From the sequence record SRR20825006_2499: a DNA stretch of 43,963 bases, one strand, 5' to 3'. The translations under genes were made by a program, and so were the position numbers. Below are positions 31,540 to 40,086 of this stretch, piece by piece. Numbering within the stretch: the stretch's first letter is position 1; every line of letters starts with the position of its first letter. Below the pieces are notes generated by a model. That model did not search any database, was not told where the DNA came from, and was given only the letters and a program-made list of their open reading frames with translations.

Positions 31540-31680
31540 TCTGTACTTTTCAGATAAAGACGCAAGACCGTTTCGCTGCAAAAAAAGTAAAGACAAGTTG
31601 TTACTGGGATAAAATATTCCGCTTTCAATTTTTAATAGTTAAGAGGAAATATCTCCCGAAAACAGCTATCTAAAAAATAA

Positions 31681-31732
31681 TTAATCTCTAAATGTATCCT
31701 GAGCTTGTTGAAGGATAACATTTAGAGATTAA
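31681..31732. repeat. Long stem-loop with a REP-like core between convergent genes
   Basis: TTAATCTCTAAATGT / ACATTTAGAGATTAA arms enclose ATCCTGAGCTTGTTGAAGGAT. Confidence 0.6.
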
Positions 31733-31793
31733 ATTTAAAAGCTAGATAAGCTCATTTTAACAACTACAAATTGCATCTCAGACCTTTTTATAG

Positions 31794-33293
31794 CTAATTT
31801 ATCCAGAGTACTGCATTATCTGAGATAGAATAATTATTTAATTTACTATGGGCTCTGACTTTAATTAAATGAACTCCTTTAGCCAAATTAGTTGGTATAT
31901 TTAAACGCCATAAATGTTTACTTTGATGTATTGGCTTTGGTATTGCTCCAATAGCAGCATTTTTATATCTTCCTAATTCTTGAATTTTATACAGCCTTTT
32001 TTGAACAGGAGAAATGCCGTTATAGAGTTCCATTGGAATCCATAAATTTTCATCAAATGATACTTCAACACTTGTTTCTGGAGGAGCGGAAAAAACATTT
32101 GCATAAATATAAGGCTCATTAAGAACATTTAATGCAGTATCCCATTCTCTATTTTCTGGAACAGTAATTTGCATTTGTTTACTAAAAGGAGCTCCAGAAA
32201 CTTTATACCTTAATTTATACGATGCTTTATTAGTATCTAAAAACCAATATCCTTTTGGAGTGCCATCATACATTAATGCAAAAGGAATCCCATTTAAATC
32301 GTGAGGTCCTTGCCACCATGCCCCGCAAACTGCACCCGCAACTAATTCATGCACTTGAGATTTACCTTCTTCTCTATTAAAATACTTTTGATATTGTGTA
32401 TGTGTATGCCCAGTTGCTATAAAAACTTCTTTAAAATCTTTAAAAAGAGCGATAAAAGCATCCTTATCTTCCATTTCTTCAACAGGAATATGCATAAAGA
32501 TTTTTATTGTCTCAAATTGATCTTTCTTTAATTCAATAAGGTGGTTTATAAATTCTTTCTGCATATCATCTATTTTACCAACATAATCTTTATTTGTAGT
32601 TGGATAAATATTGTTAAGAACAAGAAATAACTGCTCCCCAAATTCAAATGCATAATAAGAAGGCCCAAAAAAAGACTTGAAAGTACGATCTCGGTTAGAT
32701 ATTAATTCTTGATGATAATCCATATCATGGTTTCCCATAACATAAAATATAGGAGAATTTATTAAGCCAAGAGTTTTAGATAATGGATCGAAAATATCAA
32801 GATTATCAAAAGATAAATCTCCTAATGGAACTATAAAATCGGGTTTATTATCTACTAATTCTTCAACCACCAATTTCCCTACATGGTAAACATCATCTAT
32901 AATATCAGCCTGAGGGTCTCCAAGCAATGCAACCTGAAGACTATCGGGTTCTTTATTAGGATACAATGGAAATGAATAATCCTTTAAATTTTCTGCATCA
33001 GAAGCAAAAAAATAACGTCTTCCATTATCAACTTTAGAAATATACCCTGAAGGCTTTATCAAAAAAACAGGATAGTTTTGTATTTTTTCAATTTTATAGG
33101 CTCCTTTGGCATCTGTAGTTACAATATTCTGTCCATTAGAAACCCCTATATTACTTAATAATTGTTCCCCGCTATCATAAATCCCATTTGCATTTTCATC
33201 TACAAAAACTACTCCTTCAATTGTTTTATTTACTTGACCAAAACAAACAAGAGGAACTACAAAAAGTAGATACTTAATACACTGTTTCATCAT
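31794..33293 (-). CDS. Exported calcineurin-like metallophosphoesterase (MetallophosN/C architecture)
   Basis: Signal peptide (CFG|Q), GVVFVDENANG, GDPQ, GDLSFD, GNHD, HIP, GHTH, GAVCGAWW, DGTPKGY; ATGA-coupled to the upstream gene. Confidence 0.88.
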   Translation of the reverse strand: MMKQCIKYLLFVVPLVCFGQVNKTIEGVVFVDENANGIYDSGEQLLSNIGVSNGQNIVTTDAKGAYKIEKIQNYPVFLIKPSGYISKVDNGRRYFFASDAENLKDYSFPLYPNKEPDSLQVALLGDPQADIIDDVYHVGKLVVEELVDNKPDFIVPLGDLSFDNLDIFDPLSKTLGLINSPIFYVMGNHDMDYHQELISNRDRTFKSFFGPSYYAFEFGEQLFLVLNNIYPTTNKDYVGKIDDMQKEFINHLIELKKDQFETIKIFMHIPVEEMEDKDAFIALFKDFKEVFIATGHTHTQYQKYFNREEGKSQVHELVAGAVCGAWWQGPHDLNGIPFALMYDGTPKGYWFLDTNKASYKLRYKVSGAPFSKQMQITVPENREWDTALNVLNEPYIYANVFSAPPETSVEVSFDENLWIPMELYNGISPVQKRLYKIQELGRYKNAAIGAIPKPIHQSKHLWRLNIPTNLAKGVHLIKVRAHSKLNNYSISDNAVLWIN

Positions 33294-35089
33294 AGCTTTA
33301 CATTTAACACCTCTAGAATTTTAGTATAAATTTCTGTATTCTCATAAACTCCACTAAACACTTCCGATTTTGGCCCATAAGCAAATACTGGAACCATTAC
33401 TCCTGTATGATCGTGAGTTAAAAAATCTCCTTCTATTTGATGTTTTTCTATATCGCCCTGTGGAATTCCAAAACCAGAAGTTTCATGATCCGCAGTTATA
33501 ATAACTAAGGTGTTTTTATGAGTATCGGCAAATTTTATAGCTTCGGTTATAGCTCTATCAAAATCGATTCCTTCCGTAATAATTCCACCAGTATTATTAG
33601 TGTGACCAAAAGAATCTATTTTTGCAGCTTCAACCATCAAAAAGAAAGGATTGTTATCTTTATTTAAAAATCCAAGCGATTGTTTTGTTAGCTCTGCAAG
33701 ATCATTTTGTCTCCCGTCTAGAATAGAAGGCACATCATTTTCCGCTATAAAATAACCTATTCTATCTGCTTTTGATGTTTCTATTTTTGTTTGATCTTTT
33801 ATAACAGTAAATGGAGACTCTTTTATGATGGAATTGAAATGATTTTTATTTCCTCCAACAAATAGAGTAAGATTACTTTTCCATAAATCTGCTGCAATCT
33901 GAGCTGTAGAATCTCGGTCTGCTCGGTGAGCGTAGAAAGCTGAAGGTGTTGCTCCTGTAACAGCATCTGTAGTAATAACACCTGTTTTATAGTTATGTTT
34001 ATAAAGCACCTCTGTAATATTGTCCAAAGGTTTCCCAACACTATCAACACCAATAAAACGATTGTTAGTTTTAGAACCTGTTGCCAAAGCAGTCCCAGCA
34101 GCAGCAGAATCCGTGGTAAAATCGTCCGCAGATTGTGTTCTTATTAAGCCAATATTTTTTAATTTGGTTAGCGTAAGATTTCCGCCATTTGCTAAAGCAG
34201 CAGCACTAATTTGTGTTAAACCGTTTCCATCTCCAATTAATAAAATAACATTTTCAACTTTACTAGATGCTTCATCTGAAACGAAACTAGGATTATAAAC
34301 TTCAGAAAAAATAGTTGTTAAAGATTCTCTGTGTTGTATAGATGACAAATACCTCTCACAATCATAAGGATTATCTGTATTAATAAAATCTACCCCAATA
34401 TTATAAAATGCCTTCCAAGCTGATTTACTATCGGGAGTTCCCCAAAAACGAAAAGGCTTATTATAATTATGCGCTTTATTAACTACTGCTTCCACTTTAT
34501 TAAGTTCAGCAGAAACCATTCTTCCTTTACCGTTCCAAACCGAATAATCTGAATAGGGAAGGCTTATTAAGGCTACTTTTTCCCATGCTTCATTAGAGAT
34601 AGGAGCTAAGCTTTGATAATCAAAATAAATAAAACTAGGGTATTTTTTATAATCTTCAGGTGCAGGTCTATTACCAGATATAACAAATTTAACATGAGGA
34701 TTTTCAAGTATGCTTGGATACTGTTCTAACTGTTCTACAACGGCTGCCAAGGTAGTTTTTGCATCAGATTTTATATCAATTAAAAACTGAATGTTCTGTT
34801 GTGAATCAAGATTTAAAGAAAGGGCTGTTTCAAAAGGCTCTAAATACAATTTTTTAAAAGTTAAATGGTCTTGTATTTCATCCTCGGCATGAGCAACAAA
34901 CAATTCATTGTCTACTAAAAAAACATCAATCTCAATACTATTGGCGCCATTAGCAAAAGCATTCCAAAAGGGTACTTTTTGTTGGTAGTCGTTATGAGAA
35001 TGTATTTTATAACTTGAAGGCATCTGTGCCTGAGCTAAAATAACATTGAGTAGTACTACTAGAATTTGTAAACGTGTTATGTAATGCAT
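33290..35089 (-). CDS. GDPD/PI-PLC-like phosphodiesterase fused to alkaline phosphatase (PhoA family)
   Basis: N-half: HSHNDY, SIEIDV, VAH, LIDIK, RFWGTPD, DFINTD. C-half: IGDGNG, TDSAA (catalytic Ser), ATPSAFYAH, EAAKIDSFGH, TADHET, DHTG. Confidence 0.88.
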   Translation of the reverse strand: MHYITRLQILVVLLNVILAQAQMPSSYKIHSHNDYQQKVPFWNAFANGANSIEIDVFLVDNELFVAHAEDEIQDHLTFKKLYLEPFETALSLNLDSQQNIQFLIDIKSDAKTTLAAVVEQLEQYPSILENPHVKFVISGNRPAPEDYKKYPSFIYFDYQSLAPISNEAWEKVALISLPYSDYSVWNGKGRMVSAELNKVEAVVNKAHNYNKPFRFWGTPDSKSAWKAFYNIGVDFINTDNPYDCERYLSSIQHRESLTTIFSEVYNPSFVSDEASSKVENVILLIGDGNGLTQISAAALANGGNLTLTKLKNIGLIRTQSADDFTTDSAAAGTALATGSKTNNRFIGVDSVGKPLDNITEVLYKHNYKTGVITTDAVTGATPSAFYAHRADRDSTAQIAADLWKSNLTLFVGGNKNHFNSIIKESPFTVIKDQTKIETSKADRIGYFIAENDVPSILDGRQNDLAELTKQSLGFLNKDNNPFFLMVEAAKIDSFGHTNNTGGIITEGIDFDRAITEAIKFADTHKNTLVIITADHETSGFGIPQGDIEKHQIEGDFLTHDHTGVMVPVFAYGPKSEVFSGVYENTEIYTKILEVLNVKL

Positions 35090-35104
35090 AGTGTATAAAT
35101 AAGT

Positions 35105-35135
35105 AAAAGATGCTGCTTTTTACACAGCACCTTTT
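35105..35135 (-). terminator. Intra-operon hairpin after susD
   Basis: Minus strand reads AAAAGGTGCTG-N9-CAGCATCTTTT; the single mismatch is a G-U pair on the coding strand. Confidence 0.6.
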
Positions 35136-35179
35136 CGGAATTAAAAAAAATCAAACTAATCCTTTTCTTTTTATATTGG

Positions 35180-36766
35180 TTACCATCCTTTATTTTGAGG
35201 GATTCCAGAGGATTCAATTACTCTATTTGGGATAAGCCAAACGTGCATAGACGAAGGGTCAAAGCTTCTTGCTGGCCATACAATTTCTGATGTATAAGGA
35301 GAATCTGGATTAGATCTATCCTCATAAATTCTACCATGTAATGGCTTGCTATACACTTCTTGTGCATCTCCCCAACGAACTAAATCGAAATGTCTATTTG
35401 CAAATTCTCCTGCAAGTTCTACCCTTCTTTCATGTTTTAAATCTTCCATTGTTGCATTAGAAATAAGTGGTAATCCTGCACGATTTCTCACTGCATTTAA
35501 TGGAGCATCTCCATTTTTACCTTGCATAATTAATGCTTCAGATTTAATTAATAATATTTCAGCATATCTAAGTATAGGAACATTATAAGTAGTAGTTGGA
35601 TTATCTCCGTTTGTATTTAAATAAGTTCCAACAGGGTTTTCCATTCCATATTCATACATGTATTTATTGAATTGAAATCCAGATAATGAATTTTCCGACT
35701 GGTAACGTCTTGTTTCTCCAAAATACTTAAATTCATCTCCGAAATTTAAGATTGTAACCCCTCTTCTTGGATCTTCCTCTTCAAATTCTTCATATAATTC
35801 TTCTGTTGGAGTATAATATCCCCATCCATTATATTTACCCCATCCTTTATTTTCTAGCATAACTCCTGGTAATTTACTTCCATCGTCAACTCCAGAATCT
35901 ACAGACCAAATATATTCTGAAGTCCAGTTATTTAAATGGCTATGTAACAACCTATAATCTTCATCAGGATTATCTGTATCTATTAATGCTCTTCCAGATC
36001 CAGAATTTGTTACTGCATCAGCGTATTTTACTGCAAGGTCAAATTTAGAAGCATCATACTGTCCCCAATACAAATATGTTTTTGCTAGGTATCCTAATGC
36101 TGCGTCTTTATGAGCTCTTCCATAATCTTCAGTATTATACTCGGTAAATAATGGTAATAAATCTGCCGCCTTAGTTAGATCTTCCACAATAAAACTGTAA
36201 TTCTCTATAACACTTGCAGGTCTTGAGTAACTTCCAGCTTCATTATCCATATTTTCTTCAGTAATAATTGGCACACCTCCATTTTCTCCATTATCTCCAT
36301 ACGAATGAGCTAACCAGAAATAATGAAAACCACGCATAAAATAGGCTTCTCCTAACAAACGATTTTTTAAATTCTCATCAATATCCATTGCAGGGACATT
36401 ACGTATAATATCATTAGCTCTTCGTATAATTTTATACGACTGAGGGTACATCCAATATATATAACCTTCATCTCCAGTAATATTGAAGTTTTTTATGTTA
36501 TCTGCTTCTGCTTTAATACGTCCAGTTATCATATCATCAGACGCATTAATGAACCAGAAAAAACCTCTAGAAAACATATCTTCATCTTTCATATAAAAAT
36601 ACATACTATTAGTTGCCTCTATAGCATCTTGTTGAGACTGCCAAAAATTCTCATAAGATATATTTCCTTTGGGCTCTAAATTTGTAAAATCATCTGAACA
36701 AGATGTGCTGAAAATACTTAAGCATATTAGCAGAAGTATTATTTTATTATTTATATTTTTTTTCAT
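35180..36766 (-). CDS. susD: RagB/SusD family lipoprotein
   Basis: TSCSDDF lipobox, GEAYFMRGFHYF, GRAHKDAA, LRYAEILL, HERRVELAGE, QNKGW. Confidence 0.93.
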   Translation of the reverse strand: MKKNINNKIILLLICLSIFSTSCSDDFTNLEPKGNISYENFWQSQQDAIEATNSMYFYMKDEDMFSRGFFWFINASDDMITGRIKAEADNIKNFNITGDEGYIYWMYPQSYKIIRRANDIIRNVPAMDIDENLKNRLLGEAYFMRGFHYFWLAHSYGDNGENGGVPIITEENMDNEAGSYSRPASVIENYSFIVEDLTKAADLLPLFTEYNTEDYGRAHKDAALGYLAKTYLYWGQYDASKFDLAVKYADAVTNSGSGRALIDTDNPDEDYRLLHSHLNNWTSEYIWSVDSGVDDGSKLPGVMLENKGWGKYNGWGYYTPTEELYEEFEEEDPRRGVTILNFGDEFKYFGETRRYQSENSLSGFQFNKYMYEYGMENPVGTYLNTNGDNPTTTYNVPILRYAEILLIKSEALIMQGKNGDAPLNAVRNRAGLPLISNATMEDLKHERRVELAGEFANRHFDLVRWGDAQEVYSKPLHGRIYEDRSNPDSPYTSEIVWPARSFDPSSMHVWLIPNRVIESSGIPQNKGW

Positions 36767-36794
36767 AATTAAGTTTTTATAGTAATTATCCTTT

Positions 36795-39700
36795 TTAAAA
36801 TGAGAATGACAATCCTAAAGAGTATGTTTTAGATAATGGATACCTTCCAACATCTAAACCGTTTCCACCAACTTCAGGATCCATTCCAGAATAATCTGTT
36901 ATTGTAAATAAGTTTTCACCTGAAAAGAATAAGCGTAATGTAGAAGAAGCACTTATTTTATTCATCACTTGAGATGGTATTGTATACCCAAGTGTTACAT
37001 TTTTCAGTCTCAAATAAGATCCATTTTCAAGATACCAACTAGAGGCATTCCCAAAGTTAGCATTGTTATCACTAGTAGATATCCTTGGAATATCTGTATT
37101 TGTATTTTCTGGAGACCATGCATTTAAAACTCTATTGTCTAGATTATACCCCTGTAATGCAGCGTTATATGTGCTGAATTTATACGCATTGAAAACCTCT
37201 ACACTTCCAACTCCTTGGAAAAGAGTATTTAAATCGAAGCCTTTATAATTTAAATTAAAACCAAAGCTATAAGTCAAATCTGGAATATAGCTTCCCATAA
37301 AAGTTTTATCATCATTATCTATCTTCCCATCTTCATTGGTGTCGACAAATTTAAAGTCGCCCGGAACAGCATTAGGTTGAATAAGTTTTCCATCCTTTTG
37401 ATGAGCATCTATTTCTGCTTGACTTTGGAAAATTCCTGCATAAGGAATTAGATTATATGAATACAATCCTTGTCCAACTTCAGATCTAAAAGGAGTAAGC
37501 ACCCCTCTAACATTATCTGTATGGTTTATATAGTCAACTCCAGATTCATTATATCCATCTAGATTAATCAACTCATTACTTAAGGTGCTTAAATTTGCAA
37601 ACACCCCAAACTTCAATCCATTAGTAAGCGTTTTATTATAATTTACAGCAAACTCCCATCCTTTATTTTCTACTTCTCCTCCATTAACATCTGCAGAAGA
37701 GGTTCCTTGGTGTAAATCTTCCAATCCAGGCACAATCATTCCCTTTGTATTTTTCTTAAAATAATCTACTGTTAAAGTTAGACTGTTCTTAAAAAATCCA
37801 GCATCTAAACCAAAATCTATAGATTCTGATGTTTCCCATTTAAGATTTGGATTGGATTGTCTTCCAACAAAAACTCCTTTATAATCTAAACTTCCATTTT
37901 CACCCAATATTACCTGAGTAGTATTTAAAGGAACATCAAAAGAATAATACCCTACCGAATTAATATTTCCAATTTGACCCCATGATGCTCTCAATTTTAA
38001 ATTATTAATGGTATTGCTATTGAAAAATGATTCGTTAGAAATATTCCAACCAGCAGAGGCAGCAGGAAAATAATCAGATTGGTTATCTGTTGCCAATCGA
38101 GATGTTTCGTCTCTACGAATACTTGCAGAAATAAAATACCTACTATCAAAATTATACATTAATCGTCCAATTGCAGAAGTTAAAGCGTCTTCATAAACTT
38201 CTGTTATAGGAGTACGTATTTCTGTAGCATTCCCCATGTATTGATTAAAACTACCTTCATTACTAAATCCTCTTCCTTCTTGGTAGTAATATTCATAATT
38301 CACTTTTTGAGCAGAATGAATGGCTGTAAGATTTAAATTATGACTCCCAAAAGTCTTAGCGTATGTAAGTTGGTTATCCCAAACCCACTGTTTTCTATTT
38401 GAATAACTTTGATATAAGAAGTTTTGCTCATTAGTTCTCCCAGATTCTGGCACTCTAGGAACAAATCTTTTATAATCTGTATTTGTATAATTATAGCTAT
38501 AAGAAGATTTAAAACTCAACCCATCTAAAATATCATATTTACCATACACATTAGCATTAATAAAGTTTACTGGATTTGTAGTTGTAGGTCTAAGTAAAAG
38601 CGCCATAGGATTATAAACATCTCCATAAGCCCCTGCAAATTGTGACAAATCTGCTGGTGCAACTCCATGAAATTCTCCTTGCTCATTATATACAGGAGCT
38701 GCAGAAGGCATATAAATTGCATTTATGATTGTTCCTGAATACCCACTTGATGTATTTGTTCCTGTTGCTTCTGTTGAAGAATAGTAAACATTTTCTCCAA
38801 CCGTAAATTTATCGGTAACATCTATGTCTGTTTTAACTCTAAAAGAATAACGCTCTGATTGTGTTCCTACAAGCACCCCTTCTTTTTTATTATAATTAAA
38901 AGAAGTTAAATAATTTACATTATCTGAAGCACCATTTACATTCACATTTGCATTATATATTGGGGCATCTCTAAAAATTTCGTCAACCCAATCGGTTCTT
39001 GTTACTTGCCCCCATGGATTTTCGGTTGCATTATGAGCAGATTGTCTAGGTTTTCCAGAATTATCGGCTGCCAAATTATATATATCTGCCTGTTGTTTAG
39101 CGTTTAATGCTGAAGGTAAATTAGTTGCAGATTGAAATGCCGTGTACATATCTACGCTAACTACTGGCTTCCCTTTTATTCCGTTTTTAGTTTCAATTAC
39201 AATAACTCCAGATGCTGCTTGTGCCCCATAAATTGCCGCAGATGCCGCGTCTTTTAACACAGACACCGATTTAATATCGTTTGGATTTATTGGGGGACCA
39301 TAATAAGGAACTCCATCTACAACAGTTAATGGCGATTCATCTGCAAGAGACCCCTGACCTCTAATTACAATTCTACCTGCCGCCGATGGATCTCCACCTT
39401 GCTGTAACACAGTTACCCCAGGTAAATTACCCTGTAAAAAATCTGTGAAATTAGTTACTGGGCGACTACTAATAGTCTCTATATTCTCCACCTTTGCTAT
39501 TGCAGAAGTGATGTCTCCCTTTTTTGCGGATCCATAACCAATTAACAGCACTTCTTCAAGAGCATTTATTTCTTCCTCCATTTCAATATTTAAATGGCTT
39601 CCTTCTACATATTTAAGAGTTGTGGACTTATACCCTATATAAGAAACAGTAATTACACCACTATTTGTAGCTACATTTACCGTAAAATTTCCATCAAAAT

Positions 39701-39863
39701 CTGTAGTTGTTCCTTTAGAAGATTCATCATTCGGAATTATGGTTGCTCCTGGAATTGGCATCCCATCTATTTTGGAGACAACGGTTCCTTTAATTATAGT
39801 TTGTGCCGATGCGCCAAGGCAAAAAAATGAGCACAAAATAATTAGTAAAAATTGTTTTTTCAT
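36795..39863 (-). CDS. susC: SusC/RagA TonB-dependent transporter
   Basis: Signal peptide from ATG 39863 (MKKQFLL...ASA|Q), LEEVLLIGYG, KDAASAAIYG plug, C-terminal Phe; no STN domain. Confidence 0.95.
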   Translation of the reverse strand: MKKQFLLIILCSFFCLGASAQTIIKGTVVSKIDGMPIPGATIIPNDESSKGTTTDFDGNFTVNVATNSGVITVSYIGYKSTTLKYVEGSHLNIEMEEEINALEEVLLIGYGSAKKGDITSAIAKVENIETISSRPVTNFTDFLQGNLPGVTVLQQGGDPSAAGRIVIRGQGSLADESPLTVVDGVPYYGPPINPNDIKSVSVLKDAASAAIYGAQAASGVIVIETKNGIKGKPVVSVDMYTAFQSATNLPSALNAKQQADIYNLAADNSGKPRQSAHNATENPWGQVTRTDWVDEIFRDAPIYNANVNVNGASDNVNYLTSFNYNKKEGVLVGTQSERYSFRVKTDIDVTDKFTVGENVYYSSTEATGTNTSSGYSGTIINAIYMPSAAPVYNEQGEFHGVAPADLSQFAGAYGDVYNPMALLLRPTTTNPVNFINANVYGKYDILDGLSFKSSYSYNYTNTDYKRFVPRVPESGRTNEQNFLYQSYSNRKQWVWDNQLTYAKTFGSHNLNLTAIHSAQKVNYEYYYQEGRGFSNEGSFNQYMGNATEIRTPITEVYEDALTSAIGRLMYNFDSRYFISASIRRDETSRLATDNQSDYFPAASAGWNISNESFFNSNTINNLKLRASWGQIGNINSVGYYSFDVPLNTTQVILGENGSLDYKGVFVGRQSNPNLKWETSESIDFGLDAGFFKNSLTLTVDYFKKNTKGMIVPGLEDLHQGTSSADVNGGEVENKGWEFAVNYNKTLTNGLKFGVFANLSTLSNELINLDGYNESGVDYINHTDNVRGVLTPFRSEVGQGLYSYNLIPYAGIFQSQAEIDAHQKDGKLIQPNAVPGDFKFVDTNEDGKIDNDDKTFMGSYIPDLTYSFGFNLNYKGFDLNTLFQGVGSVEVFNAYKFSTYNAALQGYNLDNRVLNAWSPENTNTDIPRISTSDNNANFGNASSWYLENGSYLRLKNVTLGYTIPSQVMNKISASSTLRLFFSGENLFTITDYSGMDPEVGGNGLDVGRYPLSKTYSLGLSFSF

Positions 39864-40000
39864 GTTAGATTTTTGTTGATTGTTCAAGCGCAAATCTATA
39901 TCCATGCCGATGCTAAAAGGAGGACTTTAGATACTAAAAAGTATACTTTAGTTACAAATGACACCACAAATAAGCTTGATTTGGTGCATTTTAGATGCAG

Positions 40001-40037
40001 AAACATTAAGGTAACATTGAGAAAACAAATAGGTAAC
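40001..40037. promoter_or_regulatory. Direct repeat, candidate HTCS/AraC operator upstream of susC
   Basis: AAACA-N3-AGGTAAC at 40001..40015 and 40023..40037 (22-bp period). Confidence 0.55.
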
Positions 40038-40086
40038 TATATAAATTCTTCTTGGGTTTGCCCAGAAGTACTTTGTTAAAGTACAA

